Part shown: piece by piece, positions 12,448-23,859 of the stretch
Layout: each line of letters starts with the position of its first letter
Numbering within the stretch: position 1 is the first letter of the stretch
From: Octopus vulgaris
Taxonomy: Eukaryota
NCBI GenBank assembly: GCA_951406725.2
Contig: OX597816.1
Span: 168,826,001-168,890,000, forward strand
DNA: 64,000 nucleotides
Reading direction: 5' to 3'
Program-made: the position numbers and the translations under genes
The notes under the pieces: model-generated
The model's database searches: none
What the model saw: only the letters and a program-made list of their open reading frames with translations
What the model was told of the DNA's origin: nothing

Positions 12448-13945
12448 TTAACAATTGCTTTTTCTATACTTCTCGACTGCAGCAGTCTCAATGTAATTCA
12501 CCATAAAAGTATCACAACATTGTGTATCAGAGCAACAGATTTAACAGCTAGATAACAAACGGAGAAGATAATTGATTCACTATTTAGTCATAATCTTAAG
12601 ATTAACAAACTATGGTGTACTTTGTTGTGGAAGAAATACAAGAAAACTGTTTCAAGTTGTTTGTATTATAGAAAAGTTATATTCTGAATTATTAAATATA
12701 ATATATTGGAAATTGTTATAATAGAGAAATGCCGTAGTATAAAGCTTCAGTTATAGCAGTTTTCCCATGGAATTATATACTTTAATCCTACTGCTGGTAA
12801 ATAGAGCAGCAAATTTCGGTGTCTTGCTAATAGAACAGTAAAAAAAAAAATTAAATTAAATTTTAAAAAACACTCATATACTGAAGCACCTCCTCTTCAG
12901 GAATTTTTTTTTTACAATTCAACAACTTCTAATATATAACAGAAAATTCCTTCTGAGTAACAAAGTAATAGAAAGAAACTCACAAATAAAAACATATCTA
13001 TTGACAAAGAGGAAAGAAGAGAGAAGAAAGGGAAAAGAAAGAAGAGGTAAACGAAATAGAAGGACAGAGAAAGAAAAAAAATTGAAGAAAAGAAAGAACA
13101 AATGAAAAAGAGAATTGATTTTATGAAATTTGTATACTCTTTGCTTTGATGTCTTTCTGAAGTTTTCTTATAGCATAAATAAAGATTAGATTTCTCCTCT
13201 CTTTAGAACATAGAAATATGCAACACATACACAGTTCAATTAATCTCTCCTCCCCACAAAAAAAGTACCAACAAAAAAAACAACAGGACTATTAAATATT
13301 TTTAGAAATGTAATTTAGTTTTTTCTACTTTTAAAAAAAATTAAAAGTAAAAAAAAAAATCAAAAAAAAAAATCAGAGCCCTCCAGCTCATATGTTCTAG
13401 AAATACAAATGGCTGAGGTGTAAATTGCAGCCTGAAAATCATTCTGAAAGCCAGTTCACAGCAAACAATTATACACACACATGCAAACATGCAAACACAC
13501 ACATACATGCATGCACGCACGCACACAAATAATAATAATAATAATAATAATAATATTAATATTAATAAAAATAATAATAATAATAATAATAAAGGTGCGG
13601 GAGTTACTAATTGAATTTGGTAATACCCACAGCTAAAAACTGGACCAAGCTTTTAACCATGTACTCAGAGTATATGGAGTGTATATATAAATGTATATAC
13701 AAGGTAGCTCTTAGAAGGCTGCCCTCAATAACATAATCCATGCAGGACATGTATGCATATGTAGAGATAATTGCTGACATATCATTCATGTATGTATGCT
13801 ATGAGTGGTTCTATGCTTCTGTCATAATTTTTAACAGAGCATGTCAGAAAAATTTCAATTAAGTCTATATTGAGAGTTTTCCAATGACAAATAGAATACA
13901 TGGCATTGGGTGGCATCTACTAAATGTGATATGCAATAATTAAAT

Positions 13946-14104
13946 TCAAAACTTCTGTTGCCGTTTTTTCTTCGCATCAATTGCCTCAAGAATGGGCTGA
14001 CGTTTAGCTTGATAGCGTGCACGCAATTCTTCAATTTCCCGTTCCATTTCAGGATCTAAATTCCGCAATCGCTTTTCCAATTCATCATAAGGGAGCGTAC
14101 GCAA
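13946..14104 (-). CDS. STK3: Hippo/MST kinase last coding exon (SARAH domain)
   Basis: LRTLPYDELEKRLRNLDPEMEREIEELRARYQAKRQPILEAIDAKKKRQQKF*; cAG acceptor at 14106-14105. Confidence 0.97.
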   Translation of the reverse strand: MRTLPYDELEKRLRNLDPEMEREIEELRARYQAKRQPILEAIDAKKKRQQKF

Positions 14105-15160
14105 CTGTAAAATAGAATAAACAGCTTTAGAAACAATTCTTTTTAGAATTTCACAGCATCAAAAAATTTAATTCCATATTTTACAGAAATGATACAATAC
14201 TCCAAAACATTTTATTCGGATTCTGACATTAAGGAAAGCAATATTTGAAATTAAGGAAAACAAACATAAATAAGTTACTATGTATGATTAAATATTAGAT
14301 CAAATACACATTCTTTATAATTTTTTACTGAAGCAAATATTTTATAAACATAATCAATTGACCTCTAAATCAATTATTCCTTTCATAAAAGTTGTTTACA
14401 CTTAAATATCCTCCTCAATTTTTCTTAAATTAAAAAACTTAATAGTATTGATAGAAGCAAAAGTAATTTAAATATTAGCATCTACATATTTTTATAACTT
14501 TCAATCCTATCAAAGTTAAAATTAGTAATTATTCATCACAATGAACACAGCTAAAATTTATCTATCATGAAACTGGTAAGGGAGATTGGATTTGATCTAC
14601 TTATCAAATGGAATGATCAGCCAAACTGTTTTACTAGAACACACCTTGTTATTAGGGTAATTATCTTTAAAGATCCTAGACTTATCTTTATTATGTATAA
14701 AGGGATATAAAGAACGGTAATCTCCCTTATGCTGCAAAATTACATTTTTTAATCAAGTGTTGTTATCCAAACTAAAATTTATATTGTTTTACTGTTATGA
14801 TGCGTTTTCATATTCTGATTAATAGAGGCAGAATTAATGCCAATAGGGTTAATATAAGTAATGTTTTCTTTATAGCCTTCTTTAAGAAAGGCAGAGTTAT
14901 AAAATTTGGTTTTATTGTTTAAGATATATCAACATTAGCAGATAATCGAGAAAATCTAAGTAAAATATTTCTCAGTTTCTTGTAATAGTCTTGGGAAGAT
15001 TACTGAAAAAGCTAATATATTTTAAATTAGTTGAGGGTTTATGGTATGGGAAATATGAATCATTATATAAGTTAAAGGTAGCATCCAAAGAGTTGGCTTT
15101 GGTTAAATCATCTTTGAAAATAATGTTTAAGCCCATGTTTCAGAAAAATTTAACCAACCC

Positions 15161-15560
15161 GCACAGGAGTGGCTGCGTGGTAAGTAGCTTGCTAACCAAC
15201 CACATGGCTCTGGGTTCAGTCCCACTGCGTGGCATCTTGGGCAAATGCCTTCTGCTATAGCCCCGGGCCGACCAATGCCTTGTGAGTGGATTTGGTAGAT
15301 GGAAACTGAAAGAAGCCTGTCGTATATATGTATATATATATATGTGTGTGTGTGTGTATGTGTGTGTGTTTGTCCCCCTAGCATTGCTTGACAACTGATG
15401 CTGGTGTGTTTACGTCCCCGTTACTTAGCGGTTCGGCAAAAGAGACCGATAGAATAAGTACTGGGCTTACAAAGAATAAGTCCCGGGGTCGATTTGCTCG
15501 ACTAAAGGCGGTGCTCCAGCATGGCCGCAGTCAAATGACTGAAACAAGTAAAAGATAAAG
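15161..15560 (+). mobile_element. SINE family B
   Basis: Near full-length match to the family. Confidence 0.9.
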
Positions 15561-16128
15561 AAAAGATAAAGATAAAACCCATTTTTAACCCTTTGTAATT
15601 TTTGGTTAGAAACATTTTGAAGGTTGAGTAGACAATCATCACAATATAAACCTCCACTGGAGTCTGGGAATTGGTCAGCCATCTCATACAGGATATATAT
15701 ATATATACTGACCAAATCAGCCAATTGGGCTGAGTCAGAACTTCCCATCACAACATCGAAACTGTCAGGTGATCTTTACGGACCCATAGCTTATTCTCAA
15801 ATTTAATGATTGATTTTCTGGCAGATAACACCACATTAATTTCATCCTGGGTGACACCTGCTTTGTTGTGTGCAAACCAGGGTGCTTTTTAAGTGCAATT
15901 GGGTTAATGTAGAAATAGTAACTAGAAATGGTGAATCGGTTAAACTTAGTGCACTTCTTGTTAGTAGAATTAAACTAGTTGACCACTTGGAATGAATTCA
16001 CTGTTTTACATCATTTCTATTCCCTCTGGAATAATCTCAATGCCATTTTTGAAATGTATGTTGGAAGTGTAAATGACTTGAATAACACCTGTGTTTGACT
16101 CCATTTCTTAATATATATATATAAATAA

Positions 16129-16680
16129 GGTGAGCTGGCAGAAATGTTAGCACACTGAGCGAAATGCTTAGTAGTATTTCATCTCTCTCTACATTCTGAG
16201 TTCAAATTCAACCGAAGTCGACTTTGCCTTTCATCCTTTCGGGGTCAATTAAATAAGTACTAGTTACAAAATATTCAAGAGAGCAAAGACCTCATTTGCT
16301 ATACTGAGACACCAAATGTATCAAGATTAGAGGAATTTCTAAAACTGACAGAAAATATCACCTTTGCTTCATTGTTAAAAATGGCTAGCACTAAAATGCT
16401 CTAAGTTGATGGGCTTCAGGAAAAAATGGTATGTGAAAGGAGTCATATTACTAACATATGGCAACGAGCAGGCAGACACGTTAGCGTGCCGGGCGAAATG
16501 CTTAGCGGTATTTCGTCTGTTGTTACGTTCTGAGTTCAGATTCTGCTGAGGTCAACTTTGCCTTTCATCCTTTCGGGGTCGATAAATAAAGTACCAGTTT
16601 CGCACTGGGGTCGATGTAATTGACTTAATCTATCTGTCCTTGTTTGTCCCCTCTATATTTAGCCCTATGTGAGCAATAAT
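16129..16680 (+). mobile_element. Two SINE family C copies (16129-16268, 16460-16680) around a duplicated 190-bp segment
   Basis: Family C head and core occur twice; the intervening DNA matches 20280-20477. Confidence 0.82.
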
Positions 16681-16682
16681 AA

Positions 16683-16728
16683 ATGTACTTGACTCAATAG
16701 GTCTCCTCAAGCACAGCAGGTTGCCCTA

Positions 16729-16766
<38 letters not shown>

Positions 16767-16815
16767 TCGTAGGGCAACCTGCTGTGCTTGAGGAGACCTA
16801 TTGAGTCAAGTACAT
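16683..16815. repeat. Perfect 49-bp inverted repeat around (TA)n
   Basis: 16683-16731 is the exact reverse complement of 16767-16815. Confidence 0.95.
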
Positions 16816-16993
16816 CATCAAAATAGAAATCAAATGGAAATTGTGGTTGTGATAGTTGATCAACATGTTCATGACACAGGGAAGAACAGCTGTAACAAAT
16901 AATATTGATCAACTACTTTATTCTCAGAGTTAACTAGGATTACTGCAATTGTAAAGGAAGAACAAAGTGTTGAAAATTACTTACATAACTTGC

Positions 16994-17223
16994 AAATTCA
17001 TAATCACCATCAATAAAAGATCGCTGAAAACGGTGTGGTGGTATTGCCTGTTTCTGTGGAGTTGGATTTGATGATGGAGAAACTGCTGAGTGACTCTGCT
17101 GTTGTTCTCGTTGAGACTTTAGCTGACCACTCACTCTATTCTTCTCTTCTTGTTCTTTTTTCTCAAAATGGTCAAGGTATGCTGGACGGTACTTGTTCTT
17201 GTTGGCAGTTGATGTATTATGGC
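16994..17223 (-). CDS. STK3: Hippo/MST exon, distal linker; the donor may instead give an exon end at 16985
   Basis: HNTSTANKNKYRPAYLDHFEKKE...SFIDGDYEF; phase 1 in, phase 0 out; TTT|GCAAGT or TAT|GTAAGT. Confidence 0.9.
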
Positions 17224-17289
17224 CTAAACAAAGTGAAATCAGGTACGACGAATTAAAAGAAAAATCAGCTTCTTTGAATTTAGCACACA

Positions 17290-18570
17290 GTAACTTTGCA
17301 ATGACCAAGAAAACATATGTGCAAAGTCTCTAAAATTTGAGAATGTTACGTGTGTGGTTGTTTCAACCATCAATTTTATAAAATCTCAAGCACTTAACCA
17401 TTGCCAGTTTAAAGAGTTCTTGAATCAGGGTATGGTGACCTTGTTTGCTACTGTGCAGTTTGTTGTCTAAGTAAAGGGAAGGTGCTTCAACGGTTTTTAA
17501 ACCTAAGAGAAGAGGTATGTACCTTCTTAAAAAGGAAGGGTAAATTTATTCCCGAGCTGAATAATGCTAAGTGGATTTGTGACTTTGCAGTCCTCGTGAA
17601 TATAATTACACATTTAACCCTTTCGTTACTGTATTTATTTTGATATGCTCTGTTTCATCATCATCATCATCATTGTTTAACGTCCGTTTTCCGCGCTAGC
17701 ACAGGTTGGACGGTTCAACCAGGGTCTGGGAAGCCAGGTGCTGCACCAGGCTCCAGTCTGATCTGGCAGTGTTTCTACAGCTGGATGCCCTTCCTAACGC
17801 CAAGAATTTAGTAAAATAACTTAGTTATCGTTAACCTAGTGTTAGGAATGTAAATTGTGACTCAGGCTTGGTGGAATATTTTAATTCAAAACTTATGAAA
17901 ACAAGACATTTTACCACAGAGCCAGAGCCGGTTTTGGCCGGGTTAGTAACAAAAGGGTTAAATGATTTAAATTTAAAATTGCAAAACCAAAATCAGTTAA
18001 TTCATGAGATGTATTCTCACGTCAAAGCTTTTCAAACAAAACTTCAAATTTGGGAGAATCAACTCAGTAATGGTGATGTTTTCCATTTCCCAACACCAGC
18101 CATTCGCGGGTCAACGTCTAGATATGATGATTTTGCTGTGGAGCTGAATGAGCTGAAAAAAGAACTGAACACCATATTTAATGACTTCAGAGCTAGAGAA
18201 GCTGATTTTAATCTTTTTGAAAAAAATCCCTGTAACGCTGATGTTGAAAAAGTTCAAAAGGAATTGCAAATGGATCTAATTTGAGCTTCAGAGTGATGAA
18301 TTTCTTCGGCAAAAATTTAAAGAGGAATCTCTGCCCAAAGAAAAAACCACCTGAAATTAGTGTGCTTTGCTATAAGATATGCCACCATGTTTGGTAGAAC
18401 ATATAAATACAAACAACTCTTTTCTAGAATGAAAACAATAAGGTTGAAAAACCAGGTCAAGATTGACTGAGATTCATCTGGAAGACAATTTACAAGTTGC
18501 AACATCACAAATTCCTGTAAATATTGAGGAACTCATAGAAAATGTACAATACCAGGTTTCTCCTTAAAAT
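17290..18570 (+). mobile_element. hAT (Charlie/SPIN-like) transposase relic
   Basis: INFIKSQALNHCQFKEFL, LSKGKVLQRF, THLN/DLNLKLQ, AFQTKL, MFGRTY..LFSRMK; stops and frameshifts. Confidence 0.85.
17618..17957. mobile_element. piggyBac-type MITE containing an RTE 3' fragment (about 17656-17801)
   Basis: TTAA|CCCTTT...AAAGGG|TTAA; same family as 28416-28636. Confidence 0.88.
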
Positions 18571-19004
18571 TCAGGAGTAAATTATTCCTATTAACATCAA
18601 TAACGGATGATAAATACAATCTTATTTGTTGGTATTTTGTTAAGCAGTGTTTTAGTCATTGTGTGTGGTTTAGTCAAACCATCTATGCTGCTTTTTTCTT
18701 TCTTTTGATTTTGGGTTGTTATATTTCAGGTCAAATTAATTTGTTTTTCAATTTTTTTTATTTTTTTCCTTTTTTTAGTTTCTTTTCTTTAATCATAGAT
18801 AGATAATGCATGACGCATTTTAAACATAAGGGATTGGGTTAAACAGAGAAGGCGGATTCCAAATTTTAAACTTGCAGAATTATTATCCGCCGCTTAAAAC
18901 AGAAATCCAAAGAAACTTACTATTAAGAAAATAAAAAAGTTACCTAATTCCTAAGTTACTTAGACAAATACTCAGCCTGTTGTTTATCTAGAAGTTTTTC
19001 CTTC

Positions 19005-19192
19005 TCTCTCTTTCGGAGAGGCACAAGCACCTACACGCATATATACATACACGGCAGTAACTTCCGCCTACCGAATTCAATCACAAAGCTCCGGTCGGCT
19101 CGGGGCTATAGCAGAAGACACCTGCATAAAGTGCCACGCAGTGGGACTAAACCCGAAACCATGTAGCTAGGAAGCAAGCTCCCTAACCACAA
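19005..19192 (-). mobile_element. SINE family B variant with a short alternative tail
   Basis: Shares the CTCTCTCTTTCGGAGAGGCAC end with 45661-45845. Confidence 0.75.
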
Positions 19193-19715
19193 CTGAAGTA
19201 AATTACTTTGTGATGTTACCATCAACTCCCCAAGCCAGGGCAATGCTGGCTTGTATGTGTGTCTGTATGTGGCAGGAAGCATGTACCTATATTTATGAGT
19301 GCATGTAATCCTAAAAAAAAATATTGTTCACCTTGGATAGTAAAAAAGGTCACAATGAGTGCTGTGATTATAATCCAGTTTTTATGTATTTCTGTGTTTT
19401 TGATTGGGGGTCTAGCTGAAAAGTCAAGTTAGTTCTACTGGTGAGGAATCCCTAAATCCGTAAAAATGTTTCAGCCCGAAGGCTGTGGCCAATCATTCAT
19501 TGGTTTACAAAACTTAATTATTTCTCTAACTGGTTGGTGGTCAAAGGAAATTTCACCTATCCAAAAATAAAAGAAAAAGATATGGGGGCAACAAAATCAC
19601 AATGTAGCCTACTTTGCAATGATATGAAATATGTGGTCATCTAGGTGACCGAATTTTGACCATGAACACATGAGTGACCATATGTTATCAACAAACCTTA
19701 TTTCACGATACTTAC

Positions 19716-19844
19716 TTTTCATAGTAGAATTCTCTTCCTCATCAGTGTCTTCATTAATCACCATTGTACCAAGCTCTGACTCCACTAAAGTACTAGCCTC
19801 GCTGTTCACTATCACAGTACCACTTGTGCTCTCCACTAACGTAC
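19716..19844 (-). CDS. STK3: Hippo/MST exon (linker)
   Basis: TLVESTSGTVIVNSEASTLVESELGTMVINEDTDEEENSTMK; AG/GTAAGT; phase 1-1. Confidence 0.95.
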
Positions 19845-19914
19845 CTAAAAGAAGGACACAAGTAACAAAGATGAAAAGAAAATGTTTTATTTCTCTCTTT
19901 CTTTCTATCTCTTT

Positions 19915-20232
19915 TACTCTTTTACTTGTTTCAATCGGTTGACTGCAGCCATGCTGGAGCACCGCCTTTAGTCGAGCAACTCGACCCCGAGACTTATTCT
20001 TTTGTAAGCCCAGTACTTATTCTATCGGTCTCTTTTGCCGAACCGCTAAGTGACGGGGACGTAAACACACCAGCATCAGTTGTCAAGCAATGCTAGGGGG
20101 ACAAACACAGACACACACATATATATATACATATATACGACAGGCTTCTTTCAGTTTCTGTCAACCAAATCTACTCACAAGGCTTTGGTTGGCTCGAGGC
20201 TATAGCAGAAGACACTTGCCCAAGATGCCACG
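19915..20232 (-). mobile_element. SINE family B, 5'-truncated
   Basis: Family match; ends about 70 bp from the exon acceptor. Confidence 0.88.
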
Positions 20233-20477
20233 CACACACACACACACACATAAGCATGGAGTATATAAATATATCAAAGATATTCAAGAGAGCAAAGACC
20301 TCATTTGCTATACTGAGACACCAAATGTATCAAGATTAGAGTAATTTCTAAAACTGACAGAAAATATCACCTTCGCTTCATTGTTAAAAATGGCTAGCAG
20401 TAAAATGCTCTAAGTTGATGGGGTGTTGTGAGCTTCAGGAAACATAGTATGTGAAAGGAGTCATATTACTAACATAT

Positions 20478-20872
20478 AGTGGAGGCGCAATGGCCTAGTG
20501 GTTAGGGCAGCGGACTCGCGGTCGTAGGATCGCAGTTTCGATTCCCAGACCGGGCGTTGTGAGTGTTTATTGAGCAAAAACACCTAAAAGCTCCATGAGG
20601 CTCCGGCAGGGGATGGTGGTGATCCCTGCTGTACTCTTTCACCACAACTTTCTCTCACTCTTACTTCCTGTTTCTGTTGTACCTGTATTTCAAGGGGCCA
20701 GCCTTGTCACTCTCTGTGTCATGCTGAATATCCCTGAGAACTGCGTTAAGGGTGCACGTGTCTGTGGAGTGCTCAGCCACTTACACGTTAATTTCACGAG
20801 CAGGCTGTTCCGTTGATTCGGATCAACCGGAATCCTCGTCGTCGTAACCGATGGAGTGCTTCCATCATCATA
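20478..20872 (+). mobile_element. SINE family A, tail type 1
   Basis: 10-bp TSD ACTAACATAT (20468-20477, 20873-20882). Confidence 0.9.
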
Positions 20873-21305
20873 ACTAACATATCCAAACCGTCTTAATAAA
20901 CAACATAGATAACATAATCTCAAATATATTATGATCCAATAAAGTATGGAATCATCAATGTGAAATGTCACTGACCAAAGATCTGCTCTGCCAGAGTGAA
21001 CATGAGCAAAACAACAACGACTCATTGTAACATAAACAATGATGGCCACAACTTTGATTGCTACAACAGATGCACACAAACATATTGCTTGCACATTCTT
21101 GAAACAGTAAGAAGTACAAAAGTAAGGCATGGTCTTTCAACAAGTTTCGTTCTAAAGAAACAAAGGGAAAGAGATCATTAATTCACACCTGGTAAAATAT
21201 TAATGAATGTACGCAACTTCACTAAATAACTGAATAAATCTGGGTATTGCTGCAATATTTCTTTGGTTTTAGATAAACTAGTAAAGCTCCTTATCTACAA
21301 GAGAA

Positions 21306-21588
21306 TCATCATCATCATTTAATGTCCGTTCTCCATGCTAGCATGGGTTGGACGGTTCAACCGGGGATCTGAGAAGCCAGAAGGCTGCATCAGGCCCAGT
21401 CTGATCTGGCAGTGTTTCTACAGCTGGATGCCCTTCCTAATGCCAACCACTCCGTGAGTGTAGTGGGTGCTTTTTACGTGTCACCGGCACAGGTGCCAGG
21501 TGAGGCTGGCAACGGCCACGATCAGTCAATGCGGCGTTAGCATCGGCCACGATTCGGATGGTGCTTTTTACGTGCCACCGGCACGGAA
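21306..21588 (-). mobile_element. RTE LINE 3' UTR fragment
   Basis: (CAT)n tail, CCATGCTAGCATGG, GGATGCCCTTCCTAA; matches the 29455 copy. Confidence 0.85.
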
Positions 21589-21631
21589 AATAGTAAAGTA
21601 AAGTATTCAGAAAATAGTAAAGTAATTTCAC

Positions 21632-21731
21632 CATCATTTGATGCCTTCATTGTCCCTGAGTTATCTGTACGTGCATTATCCCCACTGCTGCTTCGAACCA
21701 TTGTACCATTGTCTAAATAATCATCTTCCCC
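21632..21731 (-). CDS. STK3: Hippo/MST exon (caspase-site region)
   Basis: GEDDYLDNGTMVRSSSGDNARTDNSGTMKASND; cAG/GTGAAA; phase 0-1 links the flanking exons. Confidence 0.9.
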
Positions 21732-22192
21732 CTGAAATAAGAAAGATCACAAAGTATTGTATGAACAAAAAGAAAAAAAATATATATGAATTATATGTAG
21801 CTTGCACCAGTTACAAAAATATTGACAGAAAATGCTAAAACCTTATCACCATCAATAAAAACAACTTGAAGAAAAAATGCATAAGGCATGTTTTATTCAT
21901 AAACTTATGCTAAATCTTTTCAATTAAGATATATTTAATAATTAAATGGGATAAGGAATGAAATTTCTGATACCATCTATTTCTTACTCCATATAATTTA
22001 TTTCTGAAAGCTATTCAGTTCTATGGTAAGAATAAACATTGAATTGTATCAAATTCTGCAAGAGCTAAAATTTTCTTCAATGATGTTAATGTCATTTAAC
22101 AAACTGTCATTGTTTTCTCTTAAGAGAGAGAAGAACAATAATTATAATTATAATTCATTTCTGGTTTTCATTTTAAACAGTATAACACTTAC

Positions 22193-22303
22193 TGATTCAT
22201 CTTCATTTATTAAATGTGATTGCTGAGATTCTTGTATTTCACGAGCTTCTAGTATCATTTTTTGCAGAATGGTATGTGGATCACAACTTTTTATAAATTC
22301 ATG
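22193..22303 (-). CDS. STK3: Hippo/MST exon (end of kinase domain)
   Basis: HEFIKSCDPHTILQKMILEAREIQESQQSHLINEDES; cAG/GTAAGT. Confidence 0.95.
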
Positions 22304-23093
22304 CTGAAACAAACAGATGAATAATACCAATCTGAAAGTGAAAGTACTCAAAAAAGATGGAAAATGAAATTCTTTACTGAGATTTAAGTCAAAATGCTAG
22401 GAGCAATTGTTTCTTAAATGTATTTTGCCAAAAATGTTTTAACTGATACTTTGCACAATGGATAGAATGGTGGGAGATCAGTAATGAGATGAAATACATC
22501 GCCAATTCAATTTAAGATAAAAGAAAGTATGATTTTGATGACATTTTTCCTTTCAATGGAGGTAACATTTTGGTTCATAAATATACTAAAACTGTATACC
22601 TGATTGTATATATATATATACACACACAAACACACACACAATCATACTCATGCATGGGTAACTGAACCCACACTTGCACATGCATATAATGATTTAGGTG
22701 TCAGAGTGCATTCTTCCCTTCTGGTTATCCTTTCCACAAGTTCCACCAAGAAACTACCTGCATAATGAAAAATTCCAACCACCAACTCAACATAAGTAAG
22801 GCATATTGCCATTTTTATTCTCAAGTAAAACCAACTTCAATAAAGTACTCTTCCACACAAGAACAGACCCACCCTACTAAATCAAATAGCCACAGACATA
22901 GTTTCATCCAATAATTTATATTGCCCAAAGGAGTGACACTTTGAAGAACAGATTAATACAAAACACAACCTCATACAGAAATATAAGGAAGTGCAATTTT
23001 TCATGAACTTAAAGGACTGTGAAGTGAGTGACCTACTTATTAGCTGAAGCATTAAACCCCAAGTAAATAAGTACACTGGCTAACGAAGCAGAT

Positions 23094-23561
23094 CATCATC
23101 ATCATTGTTCGACCATGGTCGAGACAATGGAATTTATCGTGCTACGCCAGACTTCACGGTCCATCATGGCATTACGGAGGTCCTGTTGCTGGATGCCTGT
23201 ATCCCTGGAGATTACATCAGGGTAGGAGAGTGTGTGCCCTCTGTTATCACGAGTAGATGGCTTCCAGAGGAGAAGAGTAGAAATTACTTCTTTTTCAGCT
23301 CTACAACAATGTCCAGCAAACTGGACTCTCCTACCTTTCACAAGAGATGACACAGGTGGTAGTTTCCTATATATTTGCATTTTGGTTGGATGGCACTTCC
23401 ACGAGAGATTTTGAGCCCTCATAAGGAGGCGAGTGTAGGTTCCATCCAACCGCCTCTCAAGCTTCTTTGATAACGTCCAGGTTTCTGAGCCATATAGTAG
23501 AATTGGTTCAACTGTGGCTTTGTAGATTTCAAGTTTGAAGTCTCTACTTAGATTTGATGAG
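23094..23561 (-). mobile_element. 5'-truncated LINE (RTE/RTEX-like C-terminus)
   Basis: LLYGSETWTL..RLDGTYTRLL..RRVQFAGHC; (ATG)n tail; 11-bp TSD ACGAAGCAGAT (23083-23093, 23562-23572). Confidence 0.9.
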
Positions 23562-23859
23562 ACGAAGCAGATACTATCTCTGGACTATGGAAAAGCTATA
23601 GAAATTGACCTTGGCACCAAACAAATAAAGAAATATTATTCCCTTGCCCACATACAAAATACTTCAAGTTAGAAAATTTCAACTACGTCTCACTCCCAAA
23701 CAAATAAATCCAACCTAGTTAATACACCTATTCATATTCTTCAGCCCAGATCCTTACTACATCTATTCTACCTCCTAAAAAGATGTGTGTATACGTGTGT
23801 ATGCATACATGTGTGTGTGTGTGTGTGTAGAGTGCTTGAAGTGGTCCACAAATATTGTA

